From Candidatus Woesearchaeota archaeon (GTDB lineage: Archaea; Nanobdellota; Nanobdellia; SCGC-AAA011-G17; GW2011-AR17), in assembly GCA_017608525.1 (NCBI GenBank), contig JAFCFS010000004.1, forward strand, positions 1-51,692: a DNA stretch of 51,692 nt. Direction: 5' to 3'. Made by a program: the position numbers and the translations under genes. The notes under the pieces were generated by a model that was given only the letters and a program-made list of their open reading frames with translations, was not told the DNA's origin and searched no databases. Positions 40,326-49,637 of the stretch are shown here, one piece after another. Positions within the stretch are counted from its first letter, which is position 1. The number at the start of each line of letters is the position of its first letter.

Positions 40326-41507
40326 TTGTTGAAAGAGGTGGTTTTATTGAGACCTTGGAAAGAATGGGGAGTGACTAGAAAAGAATGGAATAGTTGGAAA
40401 TGGCAAATTGAAAATAGAATAACATCACTTGAAAAATTGGAGCAGCATGTTAATTTAACAGAAAACGAGAAAATTGGTGTTAGTGAAGTTTTAAAAAAAT
40501 TCAGGATGGCGATTACCCCATATTACGCTTCTCTTATTGACCCCTATGATGAAAATTGTCCAATAAGGCTACAGGCAATTCCAAGGAAAGAAGAAACGCT
40601 GATTTCTAAATTTGATTTGAAGGACCCCTTAGGAGAGGTTAGAGACTCAAAAAACGAATGCATAGTGCATAGGTATCCTGATAGAGTTTTGTTTTTAGTA
40701 ACCGATAAATGTGGCATGTATTGCAGACATTGTACTAGGAGAAGGATGGTTGGACAAACAGACGCCCATAAAAGTGAGAAAGCAATAAAAGAAGGAATAA
40801 AATACATTAAAAGGAATGAAAAAATAAAAGATGTTCTGATTTCTGGTGGAGACCCTTTTGTGATGGAAAATGATGAACTGGAGGAAATAATCGAGGATGT
40901 TTATAAAATACCACATGTAGAAATAATAAGGGTGGGCACAAGAACTCCAGTCACATTACCACAAAGAATTACAAGAAAATTGACTAGGATGTTAAGAAAA
41001 TATCATCCCCTATATGTGAATACGCATTTCAACCATCCGAAAGAATTTACCCCTGATTCAGAAAGGGCTGTTAAAAGGTTAGTCGATGCTGGCATACCAG
41101 TTGGAAATCAAACTGTTCTTTTAAGAAGGGTGAACGATTGTAAAAATGTAATGAGAGAATTGGTTTATAAATTAATCAAAAATAGAATTAGGCCCTATTA
41201 TATATATCAATGCGATTTATCAGAGGGGATAGAGCATTTCAGAACCAAAGTTGACGTAGGGATAGAAATAATTGAATCACTGAGAGGACATATTTCAGGC
41301 TTGGCTATTCCAACTTATGTTATAGATGCTCCAGGTGGCGGTGGAAAAATACCAATAACGCCAAATTATCTGCTTACTAAAAAAGATGGCAAAGTTATAA
41401 TAAGAAACTATAAGTGGGAAATTGCTGAATATCCTGAACCAAATTACGAAAAACTTAAATGTAATTGCGAATTCTGCAGAAAAGAGAATGCTGAAGAAGA
41501 GAATTGA
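40326..41507 (+). CDS. kamA: Lysine 2,3-aminomutase (radical SAM, PLP)
   Basis: The motifs are WNSWKWQIENRI, CGMYCRHCTRRR (CxxxCxxC), SGGDP, YIYQCDLSEGIEHFRT, VIDAPGGGGK (PLP Lys) and the C-terminal CNCEFC zinc motif. There is no ATG at the N-terminus, so the start is probably TTG/GTG between 40326 and 40347. Confidence 0.9.
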   Translation: MLKEVVLLRPWKEWGVTRKEWNSWKWQIENRITSLEKLEQHVNLTENEKIGVSEVLKKFRMAITPYYASLIDPYDENCPIRLQAIPRKEETLISKFDLKDPLGEVRDSKNECIVHRYPDRVLFLVTDKCGMYCRHCTRRRMVGQTDAHKSEKAIKEGIKYIKRNEKIKDVLISGGDPFVMENDELEEIIEDVYKIPHVEIIRVGTRTPVTLPQRITRKLTRMLRKYHPLYVNTHFNHPKEFTPDSERAVKRLVDAGIPVGNQTVLLRRVNDCKNVMRELVYKLIKNRIRPYYIYQCDLSEGIEHFRTKVDVGIEIIESLRGHISGLAIPTYVIDAPGGGGKIPITPNYLLTKKDGKVIIRNYKWEIAEYPEPNYEKLKCNCEFCRKENAEEEN

Positions 41508-42462
41508 CAAACACAAAATAATTTCTTTTATAGGTATTGCTAAAAATGTTGGGAAAACTACCGCACTATCCAGCTTTCTCAAAAATTATAAAAATCTTGG
41601 TGTAACGACAATTGGGATAGATGGGGATGAAATATGCTCTTTAACTGGAAAGGAAAAACAAACAATTTATCTTCCTGCAGGCACATTTTTTACCACAACA
41701 GATGTAGAAGTAAGAAAAAGAGATATTTCAGTTAAAATAGTTGAAAACACAGATATAATCACACCATATGGTAATATTATAATAGCAAAAACTGAAATAC
41801 CGGACTATGCTCAAATTTATGGCTGTGGTTCAATAGCAGATACGGAAAAAGTGATTTTTAAAATGATTTCTCGCGGAGCAAAAAAGGTACTTATAGACGG
41901 GAGTTTTAATAGAGTATCCCATACAAAAATTTCAGCAGGAACAATTTTGGTGGCAGGCGTGATAGAAGGAAAAGATTACGAGTACGCAATAAATGAAACA
42001 AAAAAAATGGTGGAATTCATGGGTTTTAAAAAATCAAATTTAAGGCCGAAAAAAACACCCTGCATATACAAAAATGGAAAAGAAATAGGTTTAGGAATAG
42101 ACTCTATACTTGGAAAAGAAGATAAAGTTATTGAGAAATTAGATAACGTAACAACACACGTCGTTTTTTCAGGAGCATTTACTTCGAATACTTTAAAAAA
42201 ATTTATTAAATTTGGATTCGATTTTAAGAAAATTAAAATTGTGTTAAATAATTGTTGCGATTGTCTTTTAAGCTATAAAGAATATCGATTGCTAAAAGAG
42301 CTAGGAGGCAAAATTGAGGTGCTAAACAAAACAGATATCTGCGGCATCGCTGTTAACTCATTTTCTTTTTCAAATTATATCAACCCAAAGAAAATATTTA
42401 AAATGTTTAAAAAAGAATTTCCTTCCATATATGTTTTTGATGTCATGTTAAAATGTTCATAG
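41488..42462 (+). CDS. P-loop protein; candidate small subunit of a lysine 5,6-aminomutase reactivase (KamB-like)
   Basis: It has a Walker-A-like IGIAKNVGKTTAL near the N-terminus. It lies between kamA and a MutS-like ATPase, as in bacterial lysine-fermentation clusters as I remember them. I prefer start ATG 41488, which overlaps kamA by 20 nt. Confidence 0.5.
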   Translation: MLKKRIDKHKIISFIGIAKNVGKTTALSSFLKNYKNLGVTTIGIDGDEICSLTGKEKQTIYLPAGTFFTTTDVEVRKRDISVKIVENTDIITPYGNIIIAKTEIPDYAQIYGCGSIADTEKVIFKMISRGAKKVLIDGSFNRVSHTKISAGTILVAGVIEGKDYEYAINETKKMVEFMGFKKSNLRPKKTPCIYKNGKEIGLGIDSILGKEDKVIEKLDNVTTHVVFSGAFTSNTLKKFIKFGFDFKKIKIVLNNCCDCLLSYKEYRLLKELGGKIEVLNKTDICGIAVNSFSFSNYINPKKIFKMFKKEFPSIYVFDVMLKCS

Positions 42463-44018
42463 ACGATAACACAGAAAAGGCATTGGGTTTGGATAAGGTA
42501 TGGAAATCCTTGCCAATTTCTGGACAGTTGGGTAGAGAGTATTTGGAAAATTTGGAATACAAAAAAGAAAAGAAAAGGCTTAATTTGGAATATTCTGAAC
42601 TTTCGAAAATGATTAATGTACTTAAAAAAGAGGAGGCAAAAATACTATGCACAAAGCAATTATTAAAAAATTTGAAAACACTCAAGAATACATTTACAAA
42701 ATTGAGAAATGACGAAGTGCTGGATGAAATTGATGTGTTTGAATTGAAATACTTTTTATACCATTATAATAAAATAGCAGAACTTTGGCATTTTAAAATG
42801 ATTAAAAACTTATGGAAAATTTTAGATCCGAAAAATCTCCAAACTTACGATTTTTATATATATGATGAGTATTCAAAGAAAATTAGTAGAATAAGGAAAC
42901 GTATACTGAATCTTAAAAAATTGAGAGAGAAAATTGTGAAAAAAATATGTAAAGAAATTGGTATCGAAGCAAGCGAAAAAATTGTTGTTGATAAAGAAGA
43001 AAAAAAATTAATTAGAAAATTATTAGCTAATAAAAATTTCAAAAAAGATAAAGAAACATTTTCCAGCATTGTTTTTTCAGTTAAAAATGAAGAAATTGAT
43101 GAAGTGGATAGAGAGATTGAGATGCTTATTCTCGAGAAAAATAAAGAGAAGGAAGTAGTATTAAAGAACCTCTCAGAGAAAATTAAAAAGCACTTTAAAG
43201 AAATTATGGCAGCTTATGAAAAATTGAAAAAATTAGATTTTATGATAGCAAAAGCAACTTTTTGTTTAGAAAATCAACTAAAAAAGCCGAAGATAACAAA
43301 CAAAGAAAGATTGGTAATTAAAAAAGGTACACATATCTTTTTAAAAAACGAGCTTTCAAAATTGGGTTTAAATTATACCCCAATAGATATAGAAATTAAT
43401 AAGAATATATGCGTCATTTACGGTTCTAATATGTCTGGGAAAACACAAGCTTTAAGAACAATTGGATTTATCGTTGGGCTTGCGCAGGCAGGATTTTTTG
43501 TACCTGCTGAAATATTTGAATTTAAACCCTTTGACTTTATTTTGTTTAGCATAGGCGAAAATCTTGATGAAATAGGTTATAGTACTTTTGCACAAGAAAT
43601 TTTAAGAATAAATTCTGTTTTTAAAAGGAAAAAAGAATTTGGCTTGGCTTTAATTGATGAGATAGCAAGAGGAACAAATCATTTTGAAGCTCAAGCTTTA
43701 TCACTTGCGCTTATTGACGAATTTAAAAATTTGAATTCTTTTGTTCTTATGACAACACATCTTCCTGGCTTGTTAAATCTAAAAAATGTGGAATACTATA
43801 AAACAGGTGGTTTGATTAAAGAAAAAATTGAAAAACTAAAAAAACTAAGATTGGAAAACAAAATGGAAAATCTAAAATTAATAAATAATTTAATGAACTA
43901 TAGATTGGAAAAGGAAGGTGATTTTACTTTCGACGCAATTAATGTTGCTCTGCTTTTGGGGGTGGATAAAAAAATAATAGAGAAAGCTAAAAATTATATG
44001 AAAAATGAGAATAGATAG
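42453..44018 (+). CDS. MutS domain V-only ATPase; candidate lysine 5,6-aminomutase reactivase ATPase (KamC-like)
   Basis: The motifs are the MutS-type Walker A GSNMSGKTQALRTIG and the Walker B LIDEIARGTNHFEAQALSLAL, followed by TTH. The N-terminal half is a coiled coil with no mismatch-binding domain. Confidence 0.6.
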   Translation: MFIDDNTEKALGLDKVWKSLPISGQLGREYLENLEYKKEKKRLNLEYSELSKMINVLKKEEAKILCTKQLLKNLKTLKNTFTKLRNDEVLDEIDVFELKYFLYHYNKIAELWHFKMIKNLWKILDPKNLQTYDFYIYDEYSKKISRIRKRILNLKKLREKIVKKICKEIGIEASEKIVVDKEEKKLIRKLLANKNFKKDKETFSSIVFSVKNEEIDEVDREIEMLILEKNKEKEVVLKNLSEKIKKHFKEIMAAYEKLKKLDFMIAKATFCLENQLKKPKITNKERLVIKKGTHIFLKNELSKLGLNYTPIDIEINKNICVIYGSNMSGKTQALRTIGFIVGLAQAGFFVPAEIFEFKPFDFILFSIGENLDEIGYSTFAQEILRINSVFKRKKEFGLALIDEIARGTNHFEAQALSLALIDEFKNLNSFVLMTTHLPGLLNLKNVEYYKTGGLIKEKIEKLKKLRLENKMENLKLINNLMNYRLEKEGDFTFDAINVALLLGVDKKIIEKAKNYMKNENR

Positions 44019-45558
44019 AAAAAAAGTTGAAGCATGCAGAAAAGAAGCAAAAAAAATTGCGCTTAAACTAAAGGAGTTCATAGATCTTCATTCAACAACA
44101 ACAATAGAGAGGAGTATTGTTAGACTTTTTGGTGTTGATGGCGTAGATAAAAATGGGATTCCTTTGCCAAATGTTGTTGTTGATCATGTTAAATCTTTTG
44201 GAGGGCTTGCTAGAGGTGTTTCTTATTGGTTAGGAAATGCCTCTATAGCGCTGAATAAAAATCCACAGGAAATAGCTGAATTGATTGCAGAGAAAAAAAT
44301 AAACCTATCAAAATTGAAAAAGAACGATGATGAAGAAATTAAAAAAGTTATAGACAGATGGGCTGATGATGCTATTAAAAGAATAGTGAAAGTAAGGAAG
44401 GAGAGAGAAAGATTAATAAAGAAATTGGGCGAGGGAGAGAAACCTTTGCTTTACGCCATAGTTGCAACAGGAAATATTTATCATGATATAATTCAGGCAA
44501 AATCAGCTGTTAAAAATGGAGCTGATATAATTGCAGTGATTAGGAGTACAGCACAAAGTTTGTTGGATTATGTTCCTTACGGTGCGACAACAGAAGGTTA
44601 TGGTGGGACATATGCTACTCAAGAAAATTTCAGAATAATGAGGAAAGCATTGGATGAAGTTGGAGAAGAAGTTGGAAGATACATAAGGCTTGTTAACTAT
44701 GCATCTGGGTTATGTATGCCTGAAATTTCTGTAATGGGAGCTTTTGAAAGACTTGATATTATGTTAAATGACTCTATGTACGGAATTCTATTTAGGGACA
44801 TAAACATGAAGAGAACCTTCACTGATCAGCATTTTTCTAGAATAGTAAATGCTGTAGGAGGCATTATAATAAACACTGGGGAGGATAATTATTTGACAAC
44901 ATCAGATGCCATAGAACATGCGCACACAGTTTTAACATCTCAATTTATAAATGAACAACTTGCTTTACTCTCCCTACTTCCGAAAAAACAAATAGGTTTG
45001 GGGCATGCTTTTGAAATTAATCCGGACATAAAAAATGGTTTGCTTTACGAAATAGCTCACGCACTTTTAGTTAGGGAAATATTTAAAGAAGAACCAATAA
45101 AATATATGCCACCAACAAGATTTATGACAGGGAATATTTTTAAGGGCCATGCGATGGATACAATGTTTAATCTAGTTTCAGTTTTAACAAGACAGCACAT
45201 TCATTTAGTCGGAATTTTGACAGAAGCAATACACACACCTTTTATGCAAGACAGGCATATTTCTTTGGAAACTGCAAAATATGTGATGAATAATGCAAGA
45301 GATTTAGCAAAGGAAATAGAATTTAAGAAAAACGGTTTTATAGAAAGAAGGGCCAACAAAGTTTTGGACGAAGCATATAGATTATTGAGAAAAATAAGTA
45401 AAGTTGGATTAATGAGGGCCATAGAAGCAGGAATATTTGCAAACATTGCTAGACCAATTGATGGAGGGAAAGGCCTAGATGGGGTTTTTGTAAAAGATCA
45501 AGATTATTACAATCCATTTTTAAAAAAATTTGAGAAGGCAATGAAAAATGAAATTTGA
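44005..45558 (+). CDS. kamD: Beta-lysine (D-lysine) 5,6-aminomutase alpha subunit
   Basis: The protein is 517 aa with a TIM-barrel-sized subunit. It lies directly upstream of, and overlaps, the B12-binding beta subunit. Its sequence is consistent with KamD as I remember it. Confidence 0.8.
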   Translation: MRIDRKKVEACRKEAKKIALKLKEFIDLHSTTTIERSIVRLFGVDGVDKNGIPLPNVVVDHVKSFGGLARGVSYWLGNASIALNKNPQEIAELIAEKKINLSKLKKNDDEEIKKVIDRWADDAIKRIVKVRKERERLIKKLGEGEKPLLYAIVATGNIYHDIIQAKSAVKNGADIIAVIRSTAQSLLDYVPYGATTEGYGGTYATQENFRIMRKALDEVGEEVGRYIRLVNYASGLCMPEISVMGAFERLDIMLNDSMYGILFRDINMKRTFTDQHFSRIVNAVGGIIINTGEDNYLTTSDAIEHAHTVLTSQFINEQLALLSLLPKKQIGLGHAFEINPDIKNGLLYEIAHALLVREIFKEEPIKYMPPTRFMTGNIFKGHAMDTMFNLVSVLTRQHIHLVGILTEAIHTPFMQDRHISLETAKYVMNNARDLAKEIEFKKNGFIERRANKVLDEAYRLLRKISKVGLMRAIEAGIFANIARPIDGGKGLDGVFVKDQDYYNPFLKKFEKAMKNEI

Positions 45559-46291
45559 TTTGAAAAAAATAAAGTCTTATGGAGATTGCTATGATGGATC
45601 TGTTCAGCTTAGTTTTACATTGCCAATAAAATGTTCAGGAAAAGCAAAAGAAGCTGCTAAAAAATACGTTGAAAAAATGGGTTTCAAAGATGTTATGGTG
45701 CATTATATGAAAGATATTGGTGAGAATTTTACTTTTTTCATTGTTTACGGTAAAGCGCAACATACAATAGATGTTACAAAAATTAAAGTTGAAGAAGCTA
45801 AATTCAAAAAAATGGATATGTATAAGATTGATGATTTAATAAAGAAAAAAATTGGAAGGAAGCTTGTGGTTGTTGGGGCATGTATTGAAAGTGATGCTCA
45901 CTCTATTGGGATAGATGCAATTATGAATATGAAAGGTTTTCACGGTAATTATGGTCTGGAAAGGTACAAATGGATAAAAGCATACAACATGGGTGCTCAA
46001 GTTCCGTGTGTTGAACTAGTTAAAAAAATAAGAGAGGTTAATGCAGATATAGTTCTTGTTTCCCAGGTTGTTACACAAAGAAACATTCATATAAAAAATT
46101 TAACAAAGCTCGTCGAATTGCTTGAAGCTGAAAATTTGAGAGATAAAATAATTTTGATATGTGGAGGGCCAAGGATAACACACAAACTTGCATTAGAATT
46201 AGGATACGATGCTGGATTTGGACCCGGTACTGTAGCAAGTGACGTTGCCTCTTTCTTTGTGCAGAAGTTTATTGAAAAACATGAGTTGTAG
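45548..46291 (+). CDS. kamE: Beta-lysine (D-lysine) 5,6-aminomutase beta subunit (B12- and PLP-binding)
   Basis: The DxHxxG cobalamin motif is ESDAHSIG. A Lys lies exactly 11 residues after the His (HSIGIDAIMNMK), matching the His133/Lys144 spacing of characterised KamE. Confidence 0.88.
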   Translation: MKFDLKKIKSYGDCYDGSVQLSFTLPIKCSGKAKEAAKKYVEKMGFKDVMVHYMKDIGENFTFFIVYGKAQHTIDVTKIKVEEAKFKKMDMYKIDDLIKKKIGRKLVVVGACIESDAHSIGIDAIMNMKGFHGNYGLERYKWIKAYNMGAQVPCVELVKKIREVNADIVLVSQVVTQRNIHIKNLTKLVELLEAENLRDKIILICGGPRITHKLALELGYDAGFGPGTVASDVASFFVQKFIEKHEL

Positions 46292-46330
46292 GAAAAAATA
46301 TTTAAATTTCCTTTAAATTTCTTTTTTTTG

Positions 46331-48124
46331 ATGTTGAAGGAATTAATTAAGGAAACAAAAGAGGAATTGCTAAACGAGCTTGTTAAAATAGATGAAAATA
46401 TAACTAAAATTTTAAGAGACTCACCTAACACAGAATCTGCTAGAAATTCTTTGATTGAATACCTGAAGAAATTAGAAGAGGATTATTTTGGAGACAAAAC
46501 AAATAAAGCTCATATACTGGAGAGAATGAATGCTAAAGAATGCATAAAAGTGTTGAGGAATATTATAAGGAGAGAAAATGAATTACTAACCGGGTTTTCA
46601 GCACTTGAGAAATTGATAAAGCTATTTAAAGGTAAAGGCTTAGAGGAAGTAAGTAAAGGATTTATTTGCGAATTTATTTTTCTTTTTAAAGGTATTAATT
46701 GCAATTCAGGAATTTTTATTTATGGTGAACAGAATTTTAATGAGGAAGGAAGAAAAGCAGCCATTAAGAGATCTCAAGCTCTTGATAAATATTCAAGTTT
46801 AATAACAAAATACTTCAAAAGGTATAAAACTGGATGCGATCCCGATATTGTAAGAAAAACAAATGAACTGAAAAAAGAAATTCTTCAATTTTTTGGTGGC
46901 AAAGAAGAGGATTGGTTGGATTATAAATGGCATATGAAAAATATTATTATGGATTTAGATACACTTTCATCGCTTATTAAATTAGAAAAGGATGAAATTG
47001 AGAGTTTAAAATATGCTCAAGAAAACAACATTCCATTCCAAATTACACCACACTATCTTTCTCTGTTTAACAAAAACGGAAGATGTGATTATGATAGGGT
47101 TCTTAGGGCACAAGTAATCCCAAGTCTATATTATTGTAAAAATGTTGTAAAGAATAGAGAAGAAAAAATTTCTATGGATTTTATGGGTGAGCATTCTACA
47201 AGCCCTATTGATTGCATAACAAGAAGATACCCACAAATACTTATCCTAAAACCTTATGATGCTTGTCCCCAAATATGTGTATATTGCCAGAGAAATTGGG
47301 AAGTAAAAAGCATAAAATCGGCAAGAATAACAAAGAAGAAAGTAGAAAAAGCTATTTCATGGATTAAGGAGAATAAAAACATTACCGAGGTTCTTGTTAC
47401 TGGAGGGGATCCATTTTCCTTAAGTAACGAATATATCGATTGGTTAATGGGGGAATTGGCAAAAATAGAACATGTTGAAAGAATTAGAATTGGAACAAGA
47501 ACATTGGTAACTCTTCCGTATAGGATTAATGAAGGCATGATTAAGATATTGAAGAAATATCATAAGCTAGGAAAAAGGGAAGTTTGTATTGTAACGCATT
47601 TCGAACATCCGATAGAAATTTGCCCACCTGTATTGGAAGCGATAAAAAAGATTAAAGAACTTGGAATCTCTATATATAACCAACAAGTTTTTACATATTA
47701 CAATAGTAGAAAATTTGAAACATGCTTTTTGAGAAGAACTTTAAAACTTTATGGCATAGATCCATATTACGCATTTAATACAAAAGGAAAAGAAGAAACT
47801 ATGGACTTTAGAGTTCCAATTGCGAGAATAGAACAAGAAAGAAAAGAGGAAGCTAGACTTTTGCCAGGAGTAGTGAGAACTGATGAACCTGTTTTTAATG
47901 TCCCTAAGCTTGGAAAATCCCATTTGAGGGCTTGGCAAGATCACGAAGTAATAATGATACTCGCTGATGGAAAAAGAGTTTACAGATTCCTACCTTGGGA
48001 ATCAAAATTTGCTATTGTCGATGATTATTTATATACTGATGTTTCAATTTATGATTACTTAAAAAGGTTAGATAGAGATGGGGAAAATATTGAAGATTAT
48101 AAATCGATATGGTACTATTTCTAA
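46331..48124 (+). CDS. KamA-family radical SAM aminomutase paralogue with a roughly 175-aa N-terminal extension; glutamate 2,3-aminomutase-like substrate residues
   Basis: The motifs are CPQICVYC (CxxxCxxC), TGGDP and IGTRT. When aligned to the neighbouring KamA, QCDLS becomes NTKGK (Asp to Lys) and VIDAPGGGGK becomes VFNVPKLGK (Asp to Asn, with the PLP Lys kept). The C-terminal CxCxxC motif is absent. Confidence 0.6.
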   Translation: MLKELIKETKEELLNELVKIDENITKILRDSPNTESARNSLIEYLKKLEEDYFGDKTNKAHILERMNAKECIKVLRNIIRRENELLTGFSALEKLIKLFKGKGLEEVSKGFICEFIFLFKGINCNSGIFIYGEQNFNEEGRKAAIKRSQALDKYSSLITKYFKRYKTGCDPDIVRKTNELKKEILQFFGGKEEDWLDYKWHMKNIIMDLDTLSSLIKLEKDEIESLKYAQENNIPFQITPHYLSLFNKNGRCDYDRVLRAQVIPSLYYCKNVVKNREEKISMDFMGEHSTSPIDCITRRYPQILILKPYDACPQICVYCQRNWEVKSIKSARITKKKVEKAISWIKENKNITEVLVTGGDPFSLSNEYIDWLMGELAKIEHVERIRIGTRTLVTLPYRINEGMIKILKKYHKLGKREVCIVTHFEHPIEICPPVLEAIKKIKELGISIYNQQVFTYYNSRKFETCFLRRTLKLYGIDPYYAFNTKGKEETMDFRVPIARIEQERKEEARLLPGVVRTDEPVFNVPKLGKSHLRAWQDHEVIMILADGKRVYRFLPWESKFAIVDDYLYTDVSIYDYLKRLDRDGENIEDYKSIWYYF

Positions 48125-48173
48125 ATCTTTATCTAAATTCAAAAATTTTATAAATTGGATATAAGTTCATATT

Positions 48174-49403
48174 TTGGAAATGAAGAAAACAGTGGAGGAT
48201 TTTATAAAACAGGCAGAAAGATACGGTGCTAAAAATTATGCCCCTTTGCCTGTTGTTTTGACAAAAGGTGATGGAATTTATTTGTACGATATTAATGGTA
48301 AAAAATATTTCGATATGTTGAGCGCTTATTCTGCAGTCAACCAGGGTCACAACAATAAAAAGCTGATAAAAGCAGCAATAAAGCAACTCAAAAGGTTGTA
48401 TCTTACGTCAAGAGCATTTCATAACGATAAAATGGGAGATTTTTTACAAAAAATTGCAGAAATAACAGGATACGAAAAAGTAATCCCAATGAACACAGGT
48501 GCGGAAGGTGTTGAAACAGCAATAAAAATAATGAGAAAATACGCATATGAGAAAAAGGGAATTAAAAAGGATTGTGGGGAAATAATAGTAGCAGAAAATA
48601 ATTTTCATGGGAGAACTACAACAATTGTCGGTTTTTCAACAGACAAAACAACAAAGGAAGGATTTGGTCCCTATACCCCAGGATTTAAAATAATAAAATA
48701 TAACGATATTGGAGAACTGGAAAAAGCAATTAATGAAAATACTATTGGATATTTAGTTGAACCAATTCAGGGGGAAGCTGGAGTGATAATACCTGATGAT
48801 GATTATTTCAGGAAAGTTAGGGAAATATGTGATAAATACGGAATTCTTCTTGCATTTGATGAAATTCAAACAGGCTTAGGCAGAACTGGAAAATTGTTTT
48901 GTTTCCAGCATTATGGAATCAAACCAGATATTTTAATTTTAGGTAAAGCATTGAGCGGAGGACTTTACCCTATTTCATGTGTAGCTACTTCTGCAGAAAT
49001 CATGAATGTTTTGACACCAGGAACGCATGGAAGTACATTTGGTGGTAATCCATTAGCAAGTGCTATTGGAATCGCATCTTTAGAGTACATAATAAAAAAC
49101 AAACTCCCTGAAAATGCAGAAAAGCTTGGAAAGTATTTTATTGAAAAATTAAAAAAGGAAATTATGGACGATGATATAAAAGAAATAAGAGGAAAAGGTC
49201 TATTAATTGCTGTGGAAATGAAAAAACCTGTAGCAAGGAAAGTTTGCATTGAATTGATGAGGGTTGGAATTCTTGCTAAAGACACACATGAAAAAACAAT
49301 AAGATTTGCTCCTCCTTTGATAATAAAGAAAAAACAAATAGATAAAGCAGTTATGAAAATCAAAAAAGGATTTGAGAATTTTAGAAAATGTTCTTGTACA
49401 TAG
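48174..49403 (+). CDS. rocD: Ornithine aminotransferase (class III PLP aminotransferase)
   Basis: The motifs are NYAPLPVVLTKGDGIYLYD, LSAYSAVNQGH, DEIQTGLGRTG and GKALSGG (PLP Lys). Confidence 0.85.
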   Translation: MEMKKTVEDFIKQAERYGAKNYAPLPVVLTKGDGIYLYDINGKKYFDMLSAYSAVNQGHNNKKLIKAAIKQLKRLYLTSRAFHNDKMGDFLQKIAEITGYEKVIPMNTGAEGVETAIKIMRKYAYEKKGIKKDCGEIIVAENNFHGRTTTIVGFSTDKTTKEGFGPYTPGFKIIKYNDIGELEKAINENTIGYLVEPIQGEAGVIIPDDDYFRKVREICDKYGILLAFDEIQTGLGRTGKLFCFQHYGIKPDILILGKALSGGLYPISCVATSAEIMNVLTPGTHGSTFGGNPLASAIGIASLEYIIKNKLPENAEKLGKYFIEKLKKEIMDDDIKEIRGKGLLIAVEMKKPVARKVCIELMRVGILAKDTHEKTIRFAPPLIIKKKQIDKAVMKIKKGFENFRKCSCT

Positions 49404-49621
49404 TGAGAAAGAAAAAGGAAAAAATTAAAAATGGGGTTTATAGGGTAGAGTACTTTCTATCAAAAGAAAAATTGACACAAAAACAAATTGATTTTTATGA
49501 AGCTACGAAAAATTGCAAAATAGTACAGGAGATTAAATTGCCCAATAAAAAACCGGTTGGAAAAAAGTTGGAATTAATACTTAAAGATCCTTTATTTGAG
49601 GACATACCATACTCATATTAA
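49388..49621 (+). CDS. Small hypothetical protein (77 aa)
   Basis: This ORF fills the rocD-rocA gap and overlaps the rocD end by 16 nt. It is K-rich with no recognisable motif, so it may not be real. Confidence 0.3.
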   Translation: MFLYIVRKKKEKIKNGVYRVEYFLSKEKLTQKQIDFYEATKNCKIVQEIKLPNKKPVGKKLELILKDPLFEDIPYSY

Positions 49622-49637
49622 TATTGGAGGTGTTGAG

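Noticed and set aside
41422-41487. Upstream start (41422) for the P-loop gene, overlapping kamA by 86 nt
   Set aside because: The first 22 residues have no features and overlap the conserved kamA C-terminus. ATG 41488 gives a 20-nt overlap and places the P-loop near the N-terminus.
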